Part shown: in pieces, positions 1 through 8,662 of the stretch
How the letters are laid out: the number at the start of each line of letters is the position of its first letter
How positions within the stretch are numbered: the first letter of the stretch is position 1
DNA from: an uncultured Bacteroidales bacterium
Lineage (GTDB): Bacteria > Bacteroidota > Bacteroidia > Bacteroidales > UBA932
Assembly: GCA_947168525.1 (NCBI GenBank)
Contig: CAMVMG010000003.1
Span: 93,823 to 157,822 of the forward strand
DNA length: 64,000 nucleotides
Reading direction: 5' to 3'
Position numbers and translations under genes: made by a program
The notes under the pieces: model-generated
The model's database searches: none
What the model was told of the DNA's origin: nothing
What the model saw: the letters and a program-made list of their open reading frames with translations, nothing else

Positions 1-553
1 TATGGAAATTATGCCCCTTGATCCGGTGGAAGCCGCTTCCCCAGACCAGGGGCTTCGCCAGGATGGAAGGCTTCGTGTACCGTGTGCCGATCTGGGCATA
101 GTGGCGCTGCTGGAGGAAAGGTTTGTCTTCAGTGATATCGGACTCTTCTCCCAGTTTTTGGCCGAAATCCAGCCCCAGGGCCGACATGGAGCCTTTCACC
201 CTGACGGAACTCAGATACTCCGGCAGGGTCTTTCCCAAGCAGGGGTCCACCACCACGAATTCGTCGGCATCCACGCCGATTACCAGGTCGTAGCCGCCGG
301 AGAGCAATTCCGCCGCTTTGGACGAGAGGAATTTAAGACGCCCCTTCTCCGCCTCCACCACCTGAGAGCCAATCTTTTCCACCGCCTGGGCATGCGTTCC
401 CGTGCAGAAGTCGCCTACCTTCTGGTCCAGCCCGTCCAAATAGATGTACAGGTTTTCCAGCCCCAGCTGGGCGCCATAATAAGCAACCCACTTTCTGAGA
501 TAGAAGTCGTCGTTGCGGGCCATCGTGATGGCAGCGATCCGTTTGGTTTCCAT
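1..553 (-). CDS. Glycosyltransferase family 2-like protein (Glyco_tranf_2_4 type), 5' part only; runs off the window start
   Basis: Not in the ORF track. Hand translation from ATG at 553: METKRIAAITMARNDDFYLRKWVAYYGAQLGLENLYIYLDG...YDLVIGVDADEFVVVD...WGSGFHRIKGHNFH. The frame is open to base 1 and has a DxD motif (DADE). It starts 2 nt after the uvrA stop. Confidence 0.85.
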   Translation of the reverse strand, partial: METKRIAAITMARNDDFYLRKWVAYYGAQLGLENLYIYLDGLDQKVGDFCTGTHAQAVEKIGSQVVEAEKGRLKFLSSKAAELLSGGYDLVIGVDADEFVVVDPCLGKTLPEYLSSVRVKGSMSALGLDFGQKLGEESDITEDKPFLQQRHYAQIGTRYTKPSILAKPLVWGSGFHRIKGHNFH

Positions 554-555
554 GG

Positions 556-3435
556 CTATAGGGTATTATGTAAATATTTGGCAGTAAATGTATCGTCTTT
601 GGCCGCCAGGTCTTCGGGCGTTCCGGCGAACACCACTTCCCCGCCCTTGTCTCCGGCATCCGGACCCAGGTCGATCACCCAGTCGGCACTGCGGATTACT
701 TCCAAATTGTGTTCCACTACCACCACCGTATGCCCTTTCGCAATCAGGACATCGAAGGCTTTCAGTAGTTTTTCCACATCGAAGAAATGCAGGCCCGTCG
801 TGGGTTCGTCGAACAGGAAGAGAATCTTTTCCCGGCCACCCTCTGCCAGCGACAGGAAATAGGCCAATTTAATCCGCTGGCTTTCGCCACCGGAAAGTGT
901 GCTGGAAGGCTGTCCCAGCTTGATATATCCCAGCCCCACATCTACCAGAGGCTGCAGTTTGACGGCGATGGACCGGGCGACGTCTTCTTTCTGGGCGCCG
1001 AAAAAGGCGATAGCCTCCTCTACGCTCATATTCAGGATGTCGTCCACATTCTTCCCCTTGTAGCGAACTTCCAGGATATCCGGCTTGAAGCGCTTGCCTC
1101 CGCAGGATTCGCACACCATGGTGACATCGGCCATGAACTGCATGCCGATCTTCACGAAACCGTCGCCCTGGCAGTCCGGGCAGCGCCCGCCGTCCTGGTT
1201 GAAGGAAAAATAGGAGGGCGTGAACCCGTTGATCCGGGCAAACGGCTCTTCGCTGAGGAGTTTCCGGATATCGTCATAGACTTTGAGGTATGTGACGGCA
1301 TTGGAGCGGGAACTCTTGCCGATGGGATTCTGGTCTACATATTCCACGCGGGTGATACGGCTGAGGTCGCCAGAGAGACCCTTGAAGGTACCGGGAAGGT
1401 CTCCGGTCTCATTGATGCGCCTGTGCAGCGCCGGATACAGGATATCCCCTACCAGCGAGCTTTTTCCGCTGCCGCTTACGCCACTCACTACGGTGAGGGC
1501 GTTCAGCGGGAAGGTGACATCGATATCCTTGAGGTTGTTCTGCATGGCCCCGTTCACGGTAATCCCGTACTGCCAGGGATTCTTCGTGCGCACATAGGGC
1601 TGACGGATCCCCTTCAGGTACTGCAGGGTAAGGGAACGCTCCGTCTCAGCGGCGGTTTCCTCCCCCACCACCCCCTGGAAGACCACCTCGCCGCCGTTGA
1701 TACCGGCTTTGGGGCCCAGGTCGATCAGGCAGTCGGCCGCGCGGATGATTTCCGGATCGTGCTCCACCACTACAACCGTGTTGCCGATATCCCTGAGGCG
1801 CTTGAGCACCGCAATCAGGCGATCGGTGTCCCGGGGATGCAGGCCGATGGAAGGCTCGTCCAGAATATACAGGGAGCCCACCAGGGAGCTACCCAGGGCA
1901 GTTACCAGGTTTACCCGCTGGCTCTCACCGCCGGACAGGGTGTTCATGGTGCGGCTTAGCGTCAGGTACCCCAGCCCCACGTCCTGGATGCATTGCAGCC
2001 GGTAGACAATCTCCTCGATGGCCTTGCCGGCCACCTGACGCTCATATTCCGTGAGCTGCACTTCCTGGAAAAAGGCCAGCAGGCGCTCCACATCCATCGA
2101 CAGCAGGTCATGGATGGTCTTTCCGCCCACCTTTACGTACAGCGCTTCTTTCCGGAGCCGGCTTCCGCCGCAAGCATGGCAGGTGGTGCGGCCGCTGTAT
2201 CGGCTGAGCATATATTTGTACTGGATTTTGTAGCGGTTGCTCTCCACCCATTCGAAGAATTCGTTGATGCCGCAGATGGTGGTTTCGTCCGGGAAATTAC
2301 TGCGGGCCTCCCAGAGCGTACGCTTCTGCTCATCGGTAAGCTTGCAATACGGTTCGAAGATGGGAATGCCGTACTTTTCGGAATTTTTCACCACCAGGTC
2401 CTTGAACCAGCTCATCTTCTCCCCTCTCCAGCAGGCGATGGCGCCGTCGTAGATGCTCTTGGTCTTGTCCGGCACCACCAGGTCTTCGCTGATGCCCACG
2501 ATCTTTCCCAGACCACCGCACACCGGGCAGGCTCCCAGCGGGCTGTTGAAACTGAACAGGTATTCGTCCGGCTCTCGGAACACAATCCCGTCCAGTTCAA
2601 ATCTCGAGCAGAAGCGTCGGAGCCCGGAGGCGGCCTCCCTTTCTTCCGCGTCGCTTCGCGACCCTGTACGGGAAAATGCTCCAGAAAGGGAGGCCGCCTC
2701 CGGACTCCAAAGGGCCATATCGCCGTTTCCTTTGTCAAAAGCGGTCTGGATGGAGGCATGCAGGCGGGTTCGGAGATCTTCATCCAACGTGCCACCCGTC
2801 TTCACACGGTCCACCAGGAGCCAGAGGTTCCCGGGGTAATTCCCATCCATCCGCAGCACGTCCTCGATCGGGAGAATGTTGCCGTCGGCCCCGTTGAAAA
2901 GACGGCCGAAACCCTCTTCCTTGAGGCTCAGCATCAACTCCACCCGGTCGCTGCGGCCTTCCCAGTGAAGGTCGGCGAGGATATAGAAAACATGAGGCCG
3001 CCCGTCGTCGATGACCTCCAGCACATCCTGCACCGAATGGGCCTTCACCTCCTTCCCGCTCACAGGAGAGAAGGTCCGGCCGATCCGGGCAAACAGAATC
3101 CTGAGATAGTCATAGATTTCCGTGGTGGTAGCCACCGTGGAGCGCGGATTCCGGATATTCACCTTCTGCTCGATGGCGATGGCAGGAGGAATGCCGTCAA
3201 TCGCTTCCACGTCCGGTTTCACCATCCTGCCCAGGAACTGCCGGGCATAGGAGGACAGGCTTTCCGCAAAGCGGCGCTGGCCCTCGGCAAAGAGCGTGTC
3301 AAAGGCCAGCGAAGATTTACCGCTGCCGGATATGCCGGTTACCACGACAAGCCGGTTCCGGGGAATTTCCACGGTGATATCCTTCAGGTTGTTCACCTTG
3401 GCTTTTCTGATGACGATATTTCCTTCTGTGGGCAT
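556..3435 (-). CDS. uvrA: Excinuclease ABC subunit A
   Basis: Two ABC ATPase modules (GISGSGKSS and GVSGSGKSS; LSGGESQR twice) with CxxC zinc fingers (CPVCGG, CHACGG, CPDCQG). Confidence 0.97.
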   Translation of the reverse strand: MPTEGNIVIRKAKVNNLKDITVEIPRNRLVVVTGISGSGKSSLAFDTLFAEGQRRFAESLSSYARQFLGRMVKPDVEAIDGIPPAIAIEQKVNIRNPRSTVATTTEIYDYLRILFARIGRTFSPVSGKEVKAHSVQDVLEVIDDGRPHVFYILADLHWEGRSDRVELMLSLKEEGFGRLFNGADGNILPIEDVLRMDGNYPGNLWLLVDRVKTGGTLDEDLRTRLHASIQTAFDKGNGDMALWSPEAASLSGAFSRTGSRSDAEEREAASGLRRFCSRFELDGIVFREPDEYLFSFNSPLGACPVCGGLGKIVGISEDLVVPDKTKSIYDGAIACWRGEKMSWFKDLVVKNSEKYGIPIFEPYCKLTDEQKRTLWEARSNFPDETTICGINEFFEWVESNRYKIQYKYMLSRYSGRTTCHACGGSRLRKEALYVKVGGKTIHDLLSMDVERLLAFFQEVQLTEYERQVAGKAIEEIVYRLQCIQDVGLGYLTLSRTMNTLSGGESQRVNLVTALGSSLVGSLYILDEPSIGLHPRDTDRLIAVLKRLRDIGNTVVVVEHDPEIIRAADCLIDLGPKAGINGGEVVFQGVVGEETAAETERSLTLQYLKGIRQPYVRTKNPWQYGITVNGAMQNNLKDIDVTFPLNALTVVSGVSGSGKSSLVGDILYPALHRRINETGDLPGTFKGLSGDLSRITRVEYVDQNPIGKSSRSNAVTYLKVYDDIRKLLSEEPFARINGFTPSYFSFNQDGGRCPDCQGDGFVKIGMQFMADVTMVCESCGGKRFKPDILEVRYKGKNVDDILNMSVEEAIAFFGAQKEDVARSIAVKLQPLVDVGLGYIKLGQPSSTLSGGESQRIKLAYFLSLAEGGREKILFLFDEPTTGLHFFDVEKLLKAFDVLIAKGHTVVVVEHNLEVIRSADWVIDLGPDAGDKGGEVVFAGTPEDLAAKDDTFTAKYLHNTL
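2619..2708. repeat. 90-bp palindromic element inside the uvrA reading frame
   Basis: Perfect 21-bp inverted repeat CCGGAGGCGGCCTCCCTTTCT (2624-2644) / AGAAAGGGAGGCCGCCTCCGG (2683-2703), extended by GGAG/CTCC after one mismatch. Inner mini-hairpins GTCGC-TTC-GCGAC and CCC-TGTAC-GGG. Confidence 0.9.
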
Positions 3436-3440
3436 AATCT

Positions 3441-4073
3441 CTACTTGTCTACTATCTTTTCCAGGAACTGGGGCGGAATGTAGGAGGTGGCCACGGCCAC
3501 TATCCCCTCGATGGAGACCAGGAGGCGGCGGTGCTTCTTGATCCGCTTCACATAGCCTTCGGCCCCTTTCAGGGGACCTTCCGTCACACGCACTTTGTCT
3601 CCGCTGGTGAAATGGCTGATGTCGTCGGCCGAAAAGAACCGGAGACCGCTGTCGCCGGAATTGGTGACAAGGATGAACAAGGTCATCTGCCGGTCCGGAA
3701 TCACGGAGAAATCCTGCCAGTCCGAGGTGCGGTACACAAAACCCTCCGGTTTGTTGAGGTCGGCCGGGCCCTTGAGCATCTCGCTGATCTGCTGGATGCC
3801 GTCCTTTCCGGAGCGGACAAAGAGCAGGGAACTTACCATGGGACGGCGCTCGAAGATGACGGGGCCCTGGCAGATAAAGCGTTTGTCTTCCCGGTGTTCC
3901 TGGGACAGGCGGGAGAGCTTTCTGGCGGCATCTATATGTTCCTCCCCTTTCAGTTGCACCTTTTCACAGGCCAGATAGGTTTCGTAACCCATAGCCGCCA
4001 GGCGGTCTTCCATCTCGAAGACCTTGTTGTAGAACACCTTCAGCGCATACCAATTCTGACGGACTTCTTCCAT
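3441..4073 (-). CDS. UpxY/NusG-family transcription antiterminator
   Basis: Start reassigned to MEEVRQNWYALKV (ATG at 4073). NGN-like N-terminus (WYALKV) and KOW domain (GDKVRVTEGPLKGAEGYVKRIKKHRRLLVSI). Confidence 0.88.
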   Translation of the reverse strand: MEEVRQNWYALKVFYNKVFEMEDRLAAMGYETYLACEKVQLKGEEHIDAARKLSRLSQEHREDKRFICQGPVIFERRPMVSSLLFVRSGKDGIQQISEMLKGPADLNKPEGFVYRTSDWQDFSVIPDRQMTLFILVTNSGDSGLRFFSADDISHFTSGDKVRVTEGPLKGAEGYVKRIKKHRRLLVSIEGIVAVATSYIPPQFLEKIVDK

Positions 4074-4099
4074 GTGTGTATTCCTGAAATAAAGAGAAA

Positions 4100-4107
4100 C
4101 AAAATTA
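4100..4107 (-). promoter_or_regulatory. Bacteroidetes primary-sigma -7 box (TAATTTTG) upstream of the upxY-like gene
   Basis: Matches the TAnnTTTG consensus 27 nt upstream of the ATG. The same box precedes ffs, mnmA, the ABC-F gene, lplA, gyrB and the tRNA genes. Confidence 0.6.
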
Positions 4108-4146
4108 ACACATTTTTCCTGTTTTAACAAATAAGGTCTGCCCGTG

Positions 4147-4201
4147 CGACAATTTGACAGGAATCCCTGCCAGTTTGTCACGTATAACTGACAGATTGTC
4201 A
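4147..4201. promoter_or_regulatory. Three phased TGACA-N3-TGTCA-like palindromic boxes between upxY-like and hsp20
   Basis: CGACAATTTGACA (4147), TGCCAGTTTGTCA (4168), TGACAGATTGTCA (4189); exactly 21-bp period. Confidence 0.6.
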
Positions 4202-4316
4202 ATTGTTTATACATTTTTAGGCATGGCCTTCCTTTTGATAATACACCTACCGGACGCGCTTTGGAAAACGTCCGTAACAATGATTGTAAAACTTTAAAAA
4301 ATAGGAGATTTAAACT

Positions 4317-4739
4317 ATGTTACCCGCTAGAAGAAACAACCAAACCTGGATCCCGGACATCTTCAACGATTTCTTTGACAACAGCTGGATGGAGCATCCT
4401 AAGGCCACCTGCCCTGCCATCAATGTCTTAGAAACTCCCGAACAGTATCAGTTGGAGCTGGCTGCTCCCGGCATGACCAAGGCCGATTTCGACATCCATC
4501 TGGACGAAGACGGCGATCTGGTAATCAAGATGGAAAAGAAGCAGGAAGAGCAGCACAAAGGCCACTATGTGCGGCGCGAGTTCTCCTACACCAAGTTCCA
4601 GCAGACCATGCTGCTCCCGGACGACACCAACCGCGAAGCTGTCTCTGCCAAGGTGGAAAACGGTGTCCTTACCGTCACCATGCCCAAGGTGAAGAAGGTG
4701 GAAGCGGAAAAAGCCCGCAAGCAGATTACTGTAGAATAA
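4317..4739 (+). CDS. Hsp20/alpha-crystallin small heat-shock protein
   Basis: PAINVLETPEQYQLELAAPG...RREFSYTKFQQTMLLPD...SAKVENGVLTVTMPK; AGGAG ribosome-binding site upstream. Confidence 0.95.
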   Translation: MLPARRNNQTWIPDIFNDFFDNSWMEHPKATCPAINVLETPEQYQLELAAPGMTKADFDIHLDEDGDLVIKMEKKQEEQHKGHYVRREFSYTKFQQTMLLPDDTNREAVSAKVENGVLTVTMPKVKKVEAEKARKQITVE

Positions 4740-4765
4740 GGATCGGGAATCCGCTTATATGCACA

Positions 4766-4804
4766 TTGAAAGGGGCCAGGCGCTTTCCGCCTGACCCCTT
4801 TCAA
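4766..4804 (+). terminator. Intrinsic terminator after hsp20
   Basis: Hairpin TTGAAAGGGGCCAGGCG-CTTTC-CGCCTGACCCCTTTCAA. Confidence 0.8.
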
Positions 4805-4823
4805 CTTTGCTGTGTTATAGCTA

Positions 4824-4952
4824 TTACTTCATAATCAGTATCATTTCGGCCATCTGATGGATGTTGTCCGAAGTGTCCTGGATATCGTCTACCACCAGCC
4901 TGTAGTACTGATAGGCCGTGCTGTTGCCTGGTATATTAAACAAGGCTTTTAT
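4824..4952 (-). pseudogene. Start-less C-terminal gene fragment (42 aa), possibly from a jelly-roll/discoidin-type domain
   Basis: IKALFNIPGNSTAYQYYRLVVDDIQDTSDNIHQMAEMILIMK followed by TAA TAG. It is bounded upstream by an in-frame TAG and has no start codon. AYQYYRL...QMAE resembles F5/8-type C domain ends. Confidence 0.5.
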
Positions 4953-5058
4953 CTATAGGAGCAAATGTCAATAAAGATGAGAAAAAAAGAAAATAAATAA
5001 AAGATTTCTGCCATATGCAGATAGAAAACTGAAACAATCCACACCAATAAAAAACAAA

Positions 5059-5085
5059 GGAAGCCGCTGCTTATCAGCGACTTCC
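5059..5085 (-). terminator. Terminator hairpin after tRNA-Asp
   Basis: GGAAGCCGCTG-CTTAT-CAGCGACTTCC followed on the minus strand by a T-run. Confidence 0.8.
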
Positions 5086-5089
5086 TAAG

Positions 5090-5164
5090 CGGTGCGGACG
5101 AGGCTCGAACTCGCGACCCCCGGCGTGACAGGCCGGTATTCTAAACCGACTGAACTACCGCACC
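5090..5164 (-). tRNA. tRNA-Asp(GTC)
   Basis: Minus strand GGTGCGG...CCGGC-CTGTCAC-GCCGG...GAGTTCGAGCCTC...CCGCACC-G forms a full cloverleaf with anticodon GTC. Confidence 0.97.
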
Positions 5165-5466
5165 AAGTTTTCAGTGAACTTCCCTTTCGGGATTGCAAAG
5201 GTAATACCTTTTTTTGAATCTGCAATAGCTTTTTTCAAAAAATTAAGGCTCACCTGCAAATTTCCGGGGAGGAAAGTGAAATCGCGCTTGACCAGGCTGG
5301 AGCGATATCGTTGTGCCGGTTGTGCCATAGGGCGTAACAGAAGCAGCGGTTTTGTTAAATAGTATAAGAATCACTAAATTTGTGAGTTATCATCGAAACA
5401 TGAGCCATGTCCAAGTTTTCTACATAAAAACAGGGAATGACAACAAACAATAATAAAAGCTCTGCC

Positions 5467-7764
5467 ATGAAAAAGAAATCCTTCCACATCGGGCTGGTCA
5501 AGGCCGCCGTCGCAATCATTGGATTTTCGGGTTTTTTCTCCTGTATCGATCCGTTAAATACGCCGACCGGGTATCTCGCTGAGGTAACATTTCCTGCGGA
5601 GGCTCACGACGGCATCCTGAAACTCAAGGCCCAGAGCACGGAATTCACCCTTGGCATCAAGACCGAAGGCTCCTGGTACATAGAGAGTGACAGACGTTTC
5701 CTTCGGGCTAACCCTGCTGAAGGTACGGGCGAAGCACAAGTGACCATTGCCGTGCAAGCCAATCAGAGTGAAGATGACAAAGTGGGAAAGCTCACGGTCA
5801 TATTTCCCGGGCATGAGGAAAAAAACAGAACGCTCTCCGTTCAGCAGGCATGTGCGAGTCCTGAACTTGAAGTTGAAGGACTTAATACTTCAACCAGGGG
5901 TTATGCCGTAGGGTACAGTTACGATACCGTGGGAGAGTATGCCAACCCGAACTCCGTGAGGATGGAGGTCTTCGACACAAAGGCGCTCATCGAAGACGAG
6001 GTCCTGGCCGTCAATACCAGTCAGGTATCCCTGACCGACTACACCATCACGGGCAGCAGCATCTCGGAGATGACCAACCAACTGGCCGTGCAGGCCAACG
6101 TGAATGGCGGCTATGGGAAGTTCAAGGCCGAAGCCAGTGCGTCGTTCAACATGGACCATGCCGAGAGCAATGAATACGAGTATGCGACCACCTACTTCGA
6201 TCTCACGGTAAGGAAGGCCTCGCTGAGCAAGGACCTGGAGAAACTGAAGGATGATTACATGACCGATGATGCCTACGTTGCCATCAACGGCATTGAGACG
6301 ACGAATGCCCGCGGCGTACCCAAAACTGCCTACCCGTCAAACAATGAGGGCTTCAAGAGACTCATCGAAAACTACGGCACGCACGTCATCGTAGATGCTG
6401 GACTCGGCGGACGCATTCGTTACTCCATGGAGATTGACATCAGTAAGATAGAATCCTCCTACGATGCCAAAGCTTTCATCAAGGCCAGCTACAGCAATGC
6501 CTTTGCCAGTGCCAGCGGCAGTGTAGACGAGCAGTTCAAACAGTCCTTCGAGGAGAACAAAGAGAGCGTGACCATCCGTCTGAACGTGCTGGGGGGTGAT
6601 GAGTCCGCCTCCAAGAAGCTGGGCCTGGAAGGTGGATTCAGCAAGGAGAACCTGGCAGACTGGGTGCAGTCGGTGACGGCCGACAACTTAGCGCTCGTCA
6701 GCTTCAGCCGCACCTCGCTTGTGCCGCTCTACGAGCTGGTAGAACGTAATGCCACCGCTGACCACGGCGGCTTTGACGGCGAGGCCCGTTATCAGGCGTT
6801 GAAGACCTATATGGAGGGACAGATGGTGAACGACTTTGCTCCCAGCAAATGCGGCACGGTGACCGAATTCGAGATTCCAGACTTCAAGAAGAGTTACCGG
6901 TCATCCAACAATTACTTCAGTCTGCCGTTCAATATAAACACACTCATCCAGGATATCATGCTTGGGGGACAGTGGGTGGGGCAAATCTGCGAAGAGTTCA
7001 TTCCGGAAATCAACCGGAACGAGCGCGTCGTCGTTGTCTATCCCGTAATTAGCAATACGCCGCGCTATAACATGGGCGTCTTCCTGGGCGATAACACCCA
7101 TAAACCCGCCCGGGTAGCATGGAACGGCACTACGGTAGCCATACAGGAGTACGCCGACCTGGAATTCGGCCAGGCCACAAAACTCTATCTGCGCGGTGCC
7201 ACCGTCACGCCCGCTCCGGCCGAGGCTACCGAGGTACTGAAGGGCACACTAGACACGGAATGGCTTACTGGACGCTACTTCGACTTTCATAATAATATCG
7301 TGTGTAACTATCCGCTGGTGAAGATTTTCGACCACGTTTGGACCAGATTCAGCTATCATGGCCGGGTGAGCGGTAACAAGGATCGGCCAGTCAGAGACCA
7401 AAAGCTCGGAACCTGGAACATGGAGTACTACTCGTTCGACAATGCCGGCAAATCGGCCAACTTCCCCAGCGGATGGGGCGTACCTAAGCGGGAGGTCTAT
7501 CAGCAGATGAAGGACAAACTGGCCGCCAGTGGATATCCTTCGGCCGGCCTGGCACTACTTGAAGGCGGAGTGACGGGATTCGATGTCGTCTTCCTCGGAT
7601 GGCATAACACGTGGGAAGACCTCGGATGGCGCGGCGACGATAAGAAGGAGATGGATTTTCTTGCCAGGGACGGATATGTGGAAATCCTGAAAAACGGCAG
7701 CTTCAACGTCAAGAAGAGCGACTCCGGAGACCTCTTCATGTGTGTCCGGCTGGTCAAAGAATAG
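5467..7764 (+). CDS. MACPF-domain lipoprotein with N-terminal BACON and C-terminal Fib_succ_major-like domain
   Basis: SPII-type signal (…GFSGFFSC); BACON-like WYIESDRRFLRANPAEGTGEAQVTIAVQAN; MACPF signature YGTHVIVDAGLGG; C-terminal YPLVKIFDHVW…FPSGWGVP…TGFDVVFLG. Likely start MKKKSF at 5467. Confidence 0.85.
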   Translation: MKKKSFHIGLVKAAVAIIGFSGFFSCIDPLNTPTGYLAEVTFPAEAHDGILKLKAQSTEFTLGIKTEGSWYIESDRRFLRANPAEGTGEAQVTIAVQANQSEDDKVGKLTVIFPGHEEKNRTLSVQQACASPELEVEGLNTSTRGYAVGYSYDTVGEYANPNSVRMEVFDTKALIEDEVLAVNTSQVSLTDYTITGSSISEMTNQLAVQANVNGGYGKFKAEASASFNMDHAESNEYEYATTYFDLTVRKASLSKDLEKLKDDYMTDDAYVAINGIETTNARGVPKTAYPSNNEGFKRLIENYGTHVIVDAGLGGRIRYSMEIDISKIESSYDAKAFIKASYSNAFASASGSVDEQFKQSFEENKESVTIRLNVLGGDESASKKLGLEGGFSKENLADWVQSVTADNLALVSFSRTSLVPLYELVERNATADHGGFDGEARYQALKTYMEGQMVNDFAPSKCGTVTEFEIPDFKKSYRSSNNYFSLPFNINTLIQDIMLGGQWVGQICEEFIPEINRNERVVVVYPVISNTPRYNMGVFLGDNTHKPARVAWNGTTVAIQEYADLEFGQATKLYLRGATVTPAPAEATEVLKGTLDTEWLTGRYFDFHNNIVCNYPLVKIFDHVWTRFSYHGRVSGNKDRPVRDQKLGTWNMEYYSFDNAGKSANFPSGWGVPKREVYQQMKDKLAASGYPSAGLALLEGGVTGFDVVFLGWHNTWEDLGWRGDDKKEMDFLARDGYVEILKNGSFNVKKSDSGDLFMCVRLVKE

Positions 7765-7771
7765 CCATTCG

Positions 7772-8647
7772 CTATCGGGTTTCCAGCCATTCAAGGGCAT
7801 CTTCCAGCGGCGTATCAGTGCAGACGTCCGGCTCGATGGGATTGTCACAGAAGACTTCCCCGGTACGGGCGACATCGCAGCCTATGGTGAGAACCAGCTG
7901 AGCCCCGTCGCGTAGCGTAAAAGGCTGGTTGGCCGATGCATATCCGGCAGTGGGCGCACCGAAGACCCGCACATAATCCAGCCCCCGGAAGCAAAGGAGC
8001 GTCGCCTCTGCGGAACTGGCCGTCCATTCATTGGTGAGAATGGCCACCGGACACGCAATCCTGCTCCGGTGCCCGATGCCGACACGCTCAATCACGAAAG
8101 ACAGCGGAATCCACTGCGTGCGTTTTCGCGTGCGGAATCGAAGAATGTCATCATCAGCAATGAACCGGTGCACGGCGACAATCATGGGGTACATGTCTCC
8201 GCCAGTATTGTCCCGAAGGTCGATGACTACCCCGGAGACCGCATCCGGGACCTTTTCCAGCACAGTATTGGCATATCGGATTCCTTCTTCCCCGTTGCCG
8301 GAGAAATGGGGCAGCCTGATAACGGCGATTCCGTTTTCTTCAACGGATACGGCGGGCATTTCCCAAACCGGGGACGTGGCATCCCGGGTCACCTCCGTCT
8401 CCGTTTTCAGGAAGGTATGCTTGCCCCCCGCCACCTTGCCGGCCTCGCGTATGACCTCCTGAGCCTCTTCAATGGAAACGGGCCGGGCCGACAGGGCCTT
8501 TTCCTTCGCGGCCTCCCACTCCTGGCCTTCGGCAAACAGTCCATGCTTATCCATCGTGCGGATGGCGTTGCGAACATACTGCTGATTACGGTCTCCGCAG
8601 GAAATCACAGTCAAGCATGCTGTGATATAGAATAGAAGTCTCTTCAT
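7772..8647 (-). CDS. S41-family peptidase, lipoprotein
   Basis: Lipobox VISC; VVIDLRDNTGG, AILTNEWTASSAE and VFGAPTAG motifs. Confidence 0.9.
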   Translation of the reverse strand: MKRLLFYITACLTVISCGDRNQQYVRNAIRTMDKHGLFAEGQEWEAAKEKALSARPVSIEEAQEVIREAGKVAGGKHTFLKTETEVTRDATSPVWEMPAVSVEENGIAVIRLPHFSGNGEEGIRYANTVLEKVPDAVSGVVIDLRDNTGGDMYPMIVAVHRFIADDDILRFRTRKRTQWIPLSFVIERVGIGHRSRIACPVAILTNEWTASSAEATLLCFRGLDYVRVFGAPTAGYASANQPFTLRDGAQLVLTIGCDVARTGEVFCDNPIEPDVCTDTPLEDALEWLETR

Positions 8648-8662
8648 AACACTGAATTAACA

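Noticed and set aside
2-862. 286-aa plus-strand ORF, and other long antisense ORFs (787-1959, 1993-3483, 21389-23848, 33100-34422, 38493-40499, 41357-44215, 58574-60538)
   Set aside because: These are shadow frames opposite well-supported genes in GC-rich DNA, with no recognisable motifs.
4819-4831. 13-nt match TAGCTATTACTTC shared with about 57972-57984 at two gene ends
   Set aside because: Matches of this length are expected by chance in 64 kb, and it includes stop codons common to gene ends.
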